This document shows, one piece after another, positions 14,839 through 22,779 of a DNA stretch of 28,278 nucleotides (positions are counted from its first letter, which is position 1; each line of letters begins with the position of its first letter). Origin of the DNA: a bacterium (GTDB taxonomy: Bacteria; Oederibacteriota; Muellerivitia; Muellerivitales; Muellerivitaceae); the NCBI GenBank assembly GCA_025980505.1, contig JAICXI010000001.1, forward strand, positions 1 to 28,278, given 5' to 3'. A program made the translations under genes and the position numbers. The notes beneath the pieces were generated by a model. It did not search any database. It worked only from the letters and a program-made list of their open reading frames with translations, and was not told the DNA's origin.

Positions 14839-16488
14839 TCAAAGGGTTTGGCCTTCCTTGAATTTCTGGGCGATCGGCACGCGGCGGCCCATTCCGAAGG
14901 CCTTGGTGGTCACCTTCAGGCCCGGCGCCATCTGGCGGCGCTTGTATTCGTTGGCGTTGACCTTCCTTACGATATCCCTTACCAGCTGAGGCTCGAAGCC
15001 GGCCTTCACGATTTTGGCGGGAGGCATGTTCTCCTCGATGTACAACCGCAAAACCGCATCCAGGGTCTCGTAAGGCGGGAGGGAATCCTGGTCGGTTTGG
15101 TTGGGCCGAAGTTCGGCGGAAGGGGGCTTGGCGAAAACGGCCTCGGGGATCAGGGGGCCCTTGCGGTTGGCGTGGCGGGACAACTGGTAAACCATGACCT
15201 TGGGCACGTCGGAAATGACCGCCAGGCCGCCGCACATATCGCCGTAAAGGGTGCAGTAACCCACGGAAAGCTCGCTCTTGTTGCCGGTGGAAAGCACCAA
15301 CCGGTTGAACTTGTTGGAAAGGGCCATGAGGATCAGTCCCCGCAGGCGGGCCTGCAGGTTTTCCTCGGTGGCGTCCTTGGGAAGGCCCTTGAAAACCGGC
15401 TCGAAGGTCTTCAGGGTTTCCTCGAAAAGGGGGGTGATGGGCATCTCGTTGAACCCGATTCCCAAGGCTTGGGACAACTGGCGGGAATCCTCGATGGAAC
15501 CGCGGGAGGAGAAGGGCGAGGGCATGGTGACGCCCATGACGTTTTCAGGGCCGAGGGCCTCGGCGGCGAGGACCGCCACCAGGGCCGAATCAATCCCGCC
15601 CGAAAGGCCGATCAACACCTTTTCAAAGCCGCACTTGCGCACGTAATCCCGGGGCCCCGTCACCAGGGCCTGGTAAATGGTTCCGATTTCGCTTGGCGCC
15701 GGGGCGGCGGGTTTGAGCGACGGATTTTCGGTGTCGTAAACCAGCAGGTCCTCCTCGAAGGCTCGGCCCGTTTGAAAAAGGTTTCCCCCTCCGTCCAGGA
15801 CCATGCTGCAGCCGTCGAACACCAACTCGTCGTTCCCGCCCACCAAGTTGCAATAAAGGACCGGCGCCTTGGCCTTTTGGGTCACTTCCTGGAGCAGGGC
15901 CCGGCGCACGGGAAGCTTGGCCACGTGAAAGGGGGAGGCCGAAAGGTTCAGGACCAGGTCGGGTTTTTCCTTGGCCAGCTGGGCCACCGGGTCGTAGGAA
16001 TAAAGGCGGTTCGTGAAAACGCCTTCCATGTTCCAGATATCCTCGCAGAGGGTGACGCCGATCTTGAGCCCGCAATAACGCAGGAGGGGTTCGGGTTTGG
16101 AGGCGGGGGCGAAATAACGCGCTTCGTCGAAGACGTCGTAATTGGGGAGAAGGGCCTTCTTATAGGTATAAAGCACGCGGCCGTCCTTGACGCCCACGGC
16201 GGCGTTGTAAAGGGGGTTGCCGCTGCCCTTGTTTTCCAGGATGGTGCCGACGAGGGCCAGGATGCCGCGGGCTTCCCGCGCCACCTGGTCGAGGGCCCTT
16301 TGGGCGGCCTCGAAAAAGGAAAGGCGGTCCAGGAGGTCCCGGGGGGGATAACCGGTGAGGGTTAATTCGGGGAAAAGGGCCAGCTCGCAGCCGGCGGCCC
16401 GGGCCTGGTCCAGTCCTTGGGCGACTTTTTTCACATTGCCGTCGAAGTCCCCGACGGTGGTATTGATTTGGCAGACGGCGATTTTCAT
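14839..16488 (-). CDS. nadE: Glutamine-dependent NAD+ synthetase
   Basis: Start MKIAVCQIN at 16488. Nitrilase-type glutaminase domain (FPELTLTGYPP, KKALLPNYDVFDEARYF, CEDIW) plus synthetase domain (GLSGGIDS, TGNKSE, GYCTLYGD, PPSAELRPNQTD). Confidence 0.97.
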   Translation of the reverse strand: MKIAVCQINTTVGDFDGNVKKVAQGLDQARAAGCELALFPELTLTGYPPRDLLDRLSFFEAAQRALDQVAREARGILALVGTILENKGSGNPLYNAAVGVKDGRVLYTYKKALLPNYDVFDEARYFAPASKPEPLLRYCGLKIGVTLCEDIWNMEGVFTNRLYSYDPVAQLAKEKPDLVLNLSASPFHVAKLPVRRALLQEVTQKAKAPVLYCNLVGGNDELVFDGCSMVLDGGGNLFQTGRAFEEDLLVYDTENPSLKPAAPAPSEIGTIYQALVTGPRDYVRKCGFEKVLIGLSGGIDSALVAVLAAEALGPENVMGVTMPSPFSSRGSIEDSRQLSQALGIGFNEMPITPLFEETLKTFEPVFKGLPKDATEENLQARLRGLILMALSNKFNRLVLSTGNKSELSVGYCTLYGDMCGGLAVISDVPKVMVYQLSRHANRKGPLIPEAVFAKPPSAELRPNQTDQDSLPPYETLDAVLRLYIEENMPPAKIVKAGFEPQLVRDIVRKVNANEYKRRQMAPGLKVTTKAFGMGRRVPIAQKFKEGQTL

Positions 16489-16495
16489 GGGGCCC

Positions 16496-16528
16496 CAGCT
16501 GGCAGCTGGCAGCCGGCGGCTGGCAGCT
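16496..16528. repeat. Heptamer tandem repeat (CAGCTGG)x4.7 in the nadE 5' leader
   Basis: CAGCTGG CAGCTGG CAGCCGG CGGCTGG CAGCT. Confidence 0.8.
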
Positions 16529-16594
16529 TGTGTTAAATTAAAGCGCCTTAGTTTAAGGTGTACGGGGCGGTAAGTCAAAAAGGAGGAGAGGGGA

Positions 16595-17107
16595 TTGATT
16601 TTCGGGGTTTTGGCCGATACGGGAGGCCTGTTGACGGCCGCGCAACTCACGGCGCTGAAAAAGGCCTTCAAGGGAGTGGACGTCATCCTGCATGCGGGTC
16701 CGGTGGGGGATTTGCGGGTCCTGGAACAGCTCTCCAAGATAGCGTCCACCAAGGCCGTGTGCGGCAACGCGGAAAGCTTCATTGTCCGCAGCGAACTTTA
16801 CGTGCGGCAGGCCTGGCGCGTGGGACCCGTGGCGCTGGGGCTGGTGCACGGCTACGGCAAGCCCCACGGCCTCAAGCACTGGCTTTTGAAACAGTTTGAG
16901 GAAGATCCGGTGCAAGTCATCGTCTATGGGCGCAATTTCGAACCCACGGCCCGGCAAATCGGGCCCACCTATTTCTTCAGCCCCGGCTCCTTTTCGGGCA
17001 ATCTTCCCGAGGGACAGCACGGGAAAAAGGGCCCCTCCCGGGTGGGATTGCTCTTTGTCCACGGCAAAAAAGTCGACGGCCAGCCCGGCCTCACCCTGTC
17101 CCCTTGA
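16595..17107 (+). CDS. Metallophosphoesterase-fold protein (YfcE/MJ0936/Vps29-like) with degenerate metal site
   Basis: TTG start after GGAGAGG; motif order ADTG, HAGP, GNAE, VHG, GRNF, SPGS corresponds to SDTH, HAGD, GNxD, HG, GHTH, NPGS. Confidence 0.8.
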   Translation: MIFGVLADTGGLLTAAQLTALKKAFKGVDVILHAGPVGDLRVLEQLSKIASTKAVCGNAESFIVRSELYVRQAWRVGPVALGLVHGYGKPHGLKHWLLKQFEEDPVQVIVYGRNFEPTARQIGPTYFFSPGSFSGNLPEGQHGKKGPSRVGLLFVHGKKVDGQPGLTLSP

Positions 17108-17134
17108 CGGTCCTCCTCCCAAGATCGGTATAAT
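17104..17134 (+). promoter_or_regulatory. Possible sigma70 promoter for iscA/erpA
   Basis: TTGACG-N19-TATAAT; spacer longer than optimal. Confidence 0.4.
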
Positions 17135-17232
17135 GTCAAGGAGAAGGGGTTCGGTCTGGAATCCAAGGGGCTGCCTGAATTGAAAACGTTCCCTGGTTTG
17201 AGTATCCCGAAAAGCGGGGCGGCGAGGAAGAT

Positions 17233-17556
17233 ATGGTCCAATTAACCGAGACGGCCGTCAATAAGGTCAAGGATTTCGCGGCGAAGAACCCTTCATATGC
17301 GGGAAAGAATTTCCGGGTGTACGTCCAAGGCGGAGGTTGCCGGGGTTTTTCCTACGGGTTCACCTTCGACCAAAAGCGCAAGGACGATGAAATTAACAAG
17401 ACCGGCGACGTGGAAATCCTGGTCGACCCCCAGAGCGCCAAATATTTGAACGGTTCCAGGATCGACTATGTGGATGATTACCGTGGATCGGGTTTTGTCA
17501 TCGACAACCCCAATAGCACGGGCTCCTGCGGCTGCGGCCATTCCGCCAGCTTTTAA
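17233..17556 (+). CDS. A-type Fe-S cluster carrier (IscA/ErpA/HesB family)
   Basis: VQGGGCRGFSYG, IDYVDD, NPNSTGSCGCGHS; three Cys ligands; GAGG RBS. Confidence 0.95.
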   Translation: MVQLTETAVNKVKDFAAKNPSYAGKNFRVYVQGGGCRGFSYGFTFDQKRKDDEINKTGDVEILVDPQSAKYLNGSRIDYVDDYRGSGFVIDNPNSTGSCGCGHSASF

Positions 17557-17596
17557 CGAAGCGCGCCGATGGGTTCCAATTCGCGAGGCGGGCTCC

Positions 17597-17618
17597 AAGC
17601 GGCTTTGGCCGCTTTTTT
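17597..17618 (+). terminator. Rho-independent terminator
   Basis: AAGCGGC-TTTG-GCCGCTT followed by T run. Confidence 0.7.
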
Positions 17619-17621
17619 CTT

Positions 17622-18359
17622 TTGGGGAGGTATTCCATCCAATATTCAAATTCCCACGTCCCCGATTCCGCCGCGAAGTGGCGGTGGATCCCCTCTTCCT
17701 GCGTACCGACCCCGGGCCAGATGGCTTACGACGGCGAACTGTTCAAGCGGTTCCGGACCCTGGACCGGCCGATCCTGCGATTCTTCTTTTTCGAGCGGCC
17801 CACCCTGACGCTGGGCCGGCTTGAGTCCCGGCGCCTGGCGTTGGATTCCCTTCCCTATCCCTATGAAATCCGTCCTACCGGGGGACGGGCGGTGTTGCAC
17901 GGTGAAGGAGATCTTTGTTATTCCATCGTGGCTTCCACGGCCGATTCCCGGGTGGGCGGGGAACTGCTGGAAAGCTACCGCAAGATCAGCGGGCTCCTGG
18001 CCTATGCCTTGCGCGGCTTGGACCGGGAAGTCCGGCTTTCCCAGGAAAGGCATGTGGGCCTGGAGGCGGGCCATTGTTTTTCCGCGCCGTCCTTCGCCGA
18101 GTTGACCCTTCACGGCAAGAAAGTGGCCGGCGGGGCGCAGGCCCGTGAAGGCGGGGTGTTCCTCCAGCAAGGCGTGATCCTGCTATCGGTGGCCGAGGGT
18201 TGGGACGGTCTCTTCCCGGGCCCGGCCGCCGCGGCCATGGCGGGGTTGAACGACGATCCCTCCCTCCCCGCCGTCAGCCGCGCCGATGTGGAACGTTCGG
18301 TGGCCGCGGCCTTCGAGGAAACGGGTGTCGTGTTGGAAAGGCATTTCGCCGCCATATGA
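17622..18359 (+). CDS. lipM: Octanoyltransferase LipM-like (lipoate-protein ligase family)
   Basis: QMAYD, TLTLG, RPTGGRAVLH, HCFSAPS..EL...GKKVAGGAQ...LQQG, matching the LipM-type CFxxPS Cys and the conserved Lys; start codon uncertain. Confidence 0.8.
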   Translation: MGRYSIQYSNSHVPDSAAKWRWIPSSCVPTPGQMAYDGELFKRFRTLDRPILRFFFFERPTLTLGRLESRRLALDSLPYPYEIRPTGGRAVLHGEGDLCYSIVASTADSRVGGELLESYRKISGLLAYALRGLDREVRLSQERHVGLEAGHCFSAPSFAELTLHGKKVAGGAQAREGGVFLQQGVILLSVAEGWDGLFPGPAAAAMAGLNDDPSLPAVSRADVERSVAAAFEETGVVLERHFAAI

Positions 18360-18443
18360 TTTTCCTTATCCTGGGGGCCGCCGCCCCCGGGTAAAATCGT
18401 GGAACTTCCATCCGAGCCACTCTTGACGTGAAAGGGTTCGTCC

Positions 18444-19727
18444 GTGAAAAAGTTCGATGCAATGGTGGTGGGCGGCGGGCCGGGCGGCTACACCGCGGCC
18501 CTCCTGATCGCCCAACAAGGCAAATCCGTCGCCCTCTTTGAAAAAAGGAAAATCGGGGGTTCCTGCCTCCACGTGGGCTGCATCCCCACCAAGCTGCTGC
18601 AGTCCGCGGCCTACCGCTACCACACCCTGGCCCAGGAAGGCCGCTCCTGGGGCATCGAAGCCGACAATATCCGCTTCAACTTTCAAACCATAGTGGAACG
18701 CACCCAAAAGACCATCGCCATCCTGGAGAGGGGCATCCAATCCCAGCTTTCGGCCGCCCAAGTGACGGTGGTGCAGGGTGAGGCCCGGGTCAAGGCCCCC
18801 GACCGCGTGGACTGCAACGGGGAAGAGTATCAAGGATCGGCCCTTGTCCTGGCCTTGGGATCCCGGCCCCGGCACCTGCCCGCTTTTCCCGCGGGCGGCA
18901 ACATTGTCACCAGCGACGAACTCCTTTCCCAGCCCCGGCTGCCGAAGTCCCTTTTGATCGTGGGGGCGGGAGTCATCGGCTTGGAATTCGCTTGCCTTTA
19001 CGCCCAACTGGGGGTGAAGGTACGCATGGGAGAGGTGCTTCCCAAACTGCTCCCCAACATGGACGAGGACCTGGGCCAGGTGATCTTGAACGCGGTGCGC
19101 AAATTGGGCGTGGAAGTGGAACTGGGGCTGCTGGAAGTGGAGCCTCAAAACGAGGAACTCATCCTGGTTTCGGCGGGGCGGGTGCCCAATTCGGATTTGG
19201 CCGGCGTGGGCAACCTCCGGCTCAAGGCGCCCGGCGGGAAAATCGAAACCAACGGGCTCATGGAAACCTCCGTGCCGGGCGTCTTCGCGGTGGGCGACTT
19301 AACCGGCAAGTACCCCTACGCCCATACGGCTTACGAACATGCCCGCATCGCGGCGGGAAGGCTCCAAGGAGGCGGGGAGGAACTGGACGATTTCAAGGTT
19401 CCCCACGTGGTTTTCACCTCGCCTGAAATCGCGGCCGTGGGCTTCACCGAGTCCGAGGCCCGGATGCGGTTCAAGAACGTGAAGACCTTGAAGCACAATT
19501 TCGCCGCCAACAGCAAGGCCCGCATCTTGGGGGAAATCGGCGGGTGGTCCAAGACGGTTTACGACGGGGATTCGGGCGTAATCCTGGGCATGCACATGAC
19601 CGGGCCCGAAGCCACGGATCTGATCGGCGAAGCCTGCGTACTGGTCTCCCAAAAAATCACCCTGGACGCCCTCAACAAGGTGATTCACCCCCATCCTACT
19701 TTGAATGAGATATTTGGAATTCATTAA
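18444..19727 (+). CDS. lpdA: Dihydrolipoyl dehydrogenase (E3 / glycine cleavage L protein)
   Basis: GGGPGGY, GGSCLHVGCIP (redox disulfide), GAGVIGLE, FAVGD, HPTLNE. Confidence 0.93.
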   Translation: MKKFDAMVVGGGPGGYTAALLIAQQGKSVALFEKRKIGGSCLHVGCIPTKLLQSAAYRYHTLAQEGRSWGIEADNIRFNFQTIVERTQKTIAILERGIQSQLSAAQVTVVQGEARVKAPDRVDCNGEEYQGSALVLALGSRPRHLPAFPAGGNIVTSDELLSQPRLPKSLLIVGAGVIGLEFACLYAQLGVKVRMGEVLPKLLPNMDEDLGQVILNAVRKLGVEVELGLLEVEPQNEELILVSAGRVPNSDLAGVGNLRLKAPGGKIETNGLMETSVPGVFAVGDLTGKYPYAHTAYEHARIAAGRLQGGGEELDDFKVPHVVFTSPEIAAVGFTESEARMRFKNVKTLKHNFAANSKARILGEIGGWSKTVYDGDSGVILGMHMTGPEATDLIGEACVLVSQKITLDALNKVIHPHPTLNEIFGIH

Positions 19728-19738
19728 GGATGGGGGTG

Positions 19739-19806
19739 AAGGGGAGTGGGGGTGAGCCCCCACGGCTTGAGAAGGGTACACAGGGGAACTTCCCTGTGAG
19801 CGGAGC
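19739..19806. repeat. Double-hairpin REP-like element, copy B
   Basis: AAGGGGAGTGGGGGTGAGCCCCCACGGCTTGAGAAGGGTACACAGGGGAACTTCCCTGTGAGCGGAGC; same layout as 13268-13342. Confidence 0.75.
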
Positions 19807-19848
19807 CGCCCGCATCCTACTTTGAACGAGATATTTGGAATTCATTGA
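19807..19848 (+). repeat. Direct duplicate of the last 42 nt of lpdA
   Basis: 19807-19848 vs 19686-19727: 38/42 identical; reads RPHPTLNEIFGIH*(TGA) vs HPHPTLNEIFGIH*(TAA). Confidence 0.92.
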
Positions 19849-20084
19849 CAACAAGGTAGTTTGAACCGCGAAGACGCCAAGAAGGTCAAAAGTCCATGGG
19901 TTTTAAACGGCTATGAGTTTTGTCCTTCTTCTTGCCGTCCTTGGTGTCTCCGTGGGTCATCCTTCGCTTTGGGGTAAAAACTCTTTGCTTCCTAAGGCTT
20001 AAGCGTTTGCCCAATTCGCCGTTAGGAATCCTTGTGATGGAACGGATGGGATAGCTACAATAAGGTTTTACGAGGAGCAGCGGC

Positions 20085-20444
20085 ATGATGAAGAAGTTCA
20101 CGGTTCTTTTTTCAGCGGTTCTTTTGCTGGCGGCGGTTCCCGCGCTGGCCCAGCCCCCCCTGAAGGTCCTCTACAGCCAGACCACCTCGACGCACTTTAA
20201 TTGGACTTGGCCCTATCACCCGGTCCGCACCTATACCGCCACGCAAACCAAGCCTTATTACTACACGGGACGCATCCTCTATCTCGACACGCACATCAAC
20301 CCGGCCAAGTACCGTTTTTATTATCCCAACCGGACCTGCAAAAATACCTGGGGTTATTATTTCGCCCCCGACGCCCACCTTTGCAATCACAAGCCCTATC
20401 CCGTCTTTCCCCGCCCCACCTTGTACTATGAAACCATCCGGTAA
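20085..20444 (+). CDS. Secreted Tyr/Pro/Thr-rich hypothetical protein
   Basis: GAGGAG RBS; signal peptide MMKKFTVLFSAVLLLAAVPALA|QP; possible TTGTGA-N18-TACAAT promoter at 20032-20061. Confidence 0.8.
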   Translation: MMKKFTVLFSAVLLLAAVPALAQPPLKVLYSQTTSTHFNWTWPYHPVRTYTATQTKPYYYTGRILYLDTHINPAKYRFYYPNRTCKNTWGYYFAPDAHLCNHKPYPVFPRPTLYYETIR

Positions 20445-20732
20445 AAAGCGGCTTCCTCAATACTCCTTTTCCCTGTAAGACCTCCAAAAGGACGCGAAGG
20501 TCCGGTTCACTTTGAGGCGTTTCTACAATTTTGTTTGTGTTTTTCCGGGCCCTTTTTTCAATAATTCTCTTCTCCTTCATAAAACTGTTTTCAGGGCGGT
20601 TTTTTTTCGGTCCCCAGCCCCTCTTTCCGCTTCCGGAGACGGCCTTTTTCCAAAAACCTCCCCGTACCCCACTGGTATGACTATTGCTTTATCCCTTGCC
20701 TGGCGGCGCCATTTCCAGAGGGGAACTTACCG

Positions 20733-21230
20733 ATGTTCCGAAAGTTCAAATTTGAGCAGTCCATCTACGACCGGCTCCAAGGAATACCCCTTTCCACGCG
20801 TTACAAGCTGGACCGGGTGGGTATCCATTTTGACTTGAAGAATTGGACCCGCTTGTCCAATGAGGAACGCCAGGTACTTTGCCACTTGCCGGTCCGGAGC
20901 CAGGGGGAGATGGAATGCTACCGGGAGTACCTGCTTTACCTCCTGAAACGGTTGAAGGAAAAGGTGGAATTGCTGGACGCCTCCACGGTCCAGCGGGAAA
21001 GATCCCATTGGGAAAGCCTGACCCGCATCCCGGACGAGGTCTACCTCCGGGCGTTGGAGCTGAAAGTGCTCTTGTCCCCCACCCAGTGGATCCAAATGGA
21101 CGACCTGGAACGATATTCCCTTTACCGGTTATCCCTGGAAAAACACCTGATGGACCGGTTCGCACAGGCCTTGGAGGAATTCTTGGGAATCGCCCTCCGC
21201 CGGATGGGCGAAGCCGCCGAAGCCTCCTGA
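20733..21230 (+). CDS. Nitrate reductase-associated protein family (PF09655-like), by motif resemblance
   Basis: FKFE...L.GIPLSTRYKLD..GI...L.NW..L..EERQ.L and QW..MDDLERY.L..L recall this family; GAGGGG RBS. Confidence 0.7.
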   Translation: MFRKFKFEQSIYDRLQGIPLSTRYKLDRVGIHFDLKNWTRLSNEERQVLCHLPVRSQGEMECYREYLLYLLKRLKEKVELLDASTVQRERSHWESLTRIPDEVYLRALELKVLLSPTQWIQMDDLERYSLYRLSLEKHLMDRFAQALEEFLGIALRRMGEAAEAS

Positions 21231-21375
21231 CTTCCTTTTAACCGCCGGGAAGGCGCCCCGTAACAAAGCCTTAACCTGCCGGTGGGACCCTGCTTCCACG
21301 CCGACGCCACGCTTTCACAACTTCCACTTTCACGCCTGGAGATCCCAACCGTTCGGCGCTTGTGAAGGAGGACCT

Positions 21376-21567
21376 ATGTTGAAATTGGACCCCTATTCGG
21401 AAAGCATCCTGTTCCAGTGCGGCCGTTGCCGACGGGTGGGCGAACTTTTCACCGAAATGATCGAGGACGAGGGAAGCTTTTATTGTTGGAACTGCCTGGG
21501 TGAGATCCGGCAAGCCGGCCGCAGGGCGCGGAAAGACCAAGAGGGCCTGGAATATGCGGCTCATTGA
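21376..21567 (+). CDS. Small CxxC-x18-CxxC zinc-finger protein, 63 aa
   Basis: AAGGAGG RBS; CGRC...CWNC. Confidence 0.75.
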   Translation: MLKLDPYSESILFQCGRCRRVGELFTEMIEDEGSFYCWNCLGEIRQAGRRARKDQEGLEYAAH

Positions 21568-21739
21568 GAAAACACCGAAGGGGGAACCCCTTTACGGGTG
21601 CGACGCCTGCCGGATCGCGGGAGAAGGGGGTTCGGTCATCCTCCTGGAGGAAAATGGCGGGCACCTTTGTCTCTCCTGTTGGTATGAAAGGGACCCACGC
21701 CGGTTCCGCCGGGAAAAATCCGTCCTCGTCAAGATCTAG
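21554..21739 (+). CDS. Small CxxC-x19-CxxC zinc-finger protein, 61 aa
   Basis: ATG at 21554 overlaps the upstream gene by 14 nt; MRLIEKTPKGEPLYGCDAC...CLSCWYERD. Confidence 0.65.
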   Translation: MRLIEKTPKGEPLYGCDACRIAGEGGSVILLEENGGHLCLSCWYERDPRRFRREKSVLVKI

Positions 21740-21855
21740 GACTAAAAAAGATTTTCCCCACAGAGGGTCCACTGTGCCTTTGTGGTTCCGACCCGTCACC
21801 GCAGCTTTAGCGCAGGGGGAAGGAACCTGTGGTGGATTTAGGTTTTGTAGAGCCC

Positions 21856-22599
21856 CTAAATCTGGATCTTGGAAAAGAGCCAGCCACCCAACGCCAGAAG
21901 CGCCGCCGAGCAAATCCCCAGCACACCCAGGTCCGTTCCCACGCCGAAAAAGGAAACCTCCCCCAGGGCCGCCCGCAGCCCGTCCACCCCGTAGGAGAGC
22001 GGGTTCAAGGTCGTCACCAGGGCCATTCCGCCGGGAAGCCCCTGCAGGGGGAAAATGGCGCCGGACAGGAAGAAGAGCGGCATGACGAGGAAATTCATGA
22101 TGAGGGGAAAGCTCTGCATGTCCTCCAACTGGGAAGCCAGGGCCGTGCCGAAGGCGGTGAAGAGCACCGCGATGAGGAACATGAACAGCAGCGCCAGGGG
22201 GAGCGCCCGGAGGCCCGGCCGGAAGCCGAACCCGAAGGCCAGGAGGAAGATCACCAGGCCCTGGACCAGGGCCACCGTGGCGCCGCCCAGGGTGCGGCCG
22301 ATCATGATGTGGAGCCGGGGTACGGGCGCCACCAGCGTTTCCTTCAGGAACCCGAACTGGCGGTCCCAGATGATCTCGATCCCCGAGAAAACGCCGGTGA
22401 AGAGGATGCCCATGGCGATGACGCCCGGCGCGAGGAACTGCAGGTAATCGCCGCGGCCGGCCTGGGAGTAGATTTTCCCGAAACCGAAGCCGAAGGCCAG
22501 GAGGAAGATGAGCGGCTGGCCCAGAGACCCGATCATGCGGGAGCGGGACCGGAAATAACGTTTCAGCTGACGCAGCCATAGAATATAGATGGTACTCAC
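21856..22599 (-). CDS. ABC-2 type transporter permease (DrrB-like)
   Basis: Six-TM pattern; YLQFLAPGVIAM, DRQFGFLKETLVAPV, FFLSGAIFPL, NPLSYGVDGLR. Confidence 0.92.
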   Translation of the reverse strand: MSTIYILWLRQLKRYFRSRSRMIGSLGQPLIFLLAFGFGFGKIYSQAGRGDYLQFLAPGVIAMGILFTGVFSGIEIIWDRQFGFLKETLVAPVPRLHIMIGRTLGGATVALVQGLVIFLLAFGFGFRPGLRALPLALLFMFLIAVLFTAFGTALASQLEDMQSFPLIMNFLVMPLFFLSGAIFPLQGLPGGMALVTTLNPLSYGVDGLRAALGEVSFFGVGTDLGVLGICSAALLALGGWLFSKIQI

Positions 22600-22739
22600 G
22601 TCCGTAGCCCTTTCTCACCGAAGAAATACCAGGAAATAATTAAAACTTCCAACAAAACTCAAAAGCAAAGGCGGCTTGAACCGCTCCCCGAAGGGAACAG
22701 GTTGATCCCCGGTCTTTTCGAGGGGACAAGGGCACCAGG

Positions 22740-22779
22740 CCGTTCGACGTTGCTCAGGCCCCGAGTTGAATCGAAGGGC
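22740..22779. repeat. REP-like inverted pair (TTCGAC..GCTCAGG / CCGAG..TCGAAGG)
   Basis: GCCGTTCGACGTTGCTCAGGCCCCGAGTTGAATCGAAGGGC in the ATPase-permease gap; related to 27846-27919. Confidence 0.55.

Noticed and set aside
14818-16365. Long antisense ORFs (this 515-aa ORF; also 4268-5074, 21449-22618, 22702-23739, 24705-25529, 25662-26513, 26520-27680)
   Set aside because: They lie opposite or out of frame with well-supported genes and are expected shadows of high-GC3 coding DNA; no motifs or RBS.
16543-16561. Imperfect palindrome GCGCCTTAGTTTAAGGTGT between divergent nadE and the phosphoesterase-like gene as an NAD-regulator operator
   Set aside because: Does not clearly match Rex, NrtR or NiaR boxes as I know them; single instance.
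16489-16782. 98-aa N-terminal extension of NadE (likewise extensions from 6996, 9926, 14804, 23865, 25584)
   Set aside because: They overlap neighbouring genes or lack an RBS; downstream starts match family N-termini or have clear SD sequences.
20296-20580. 94-aa minus-strand ORF
   Set aside because: No RBS, about half overlaps the secreted Tyr-rich gene antisense, and no recognisable motif.
21760-21835. Further copy of the double-hairpin element
   Set aside because: Only CACAG..CTGTG fragments match; too degenerate to call.
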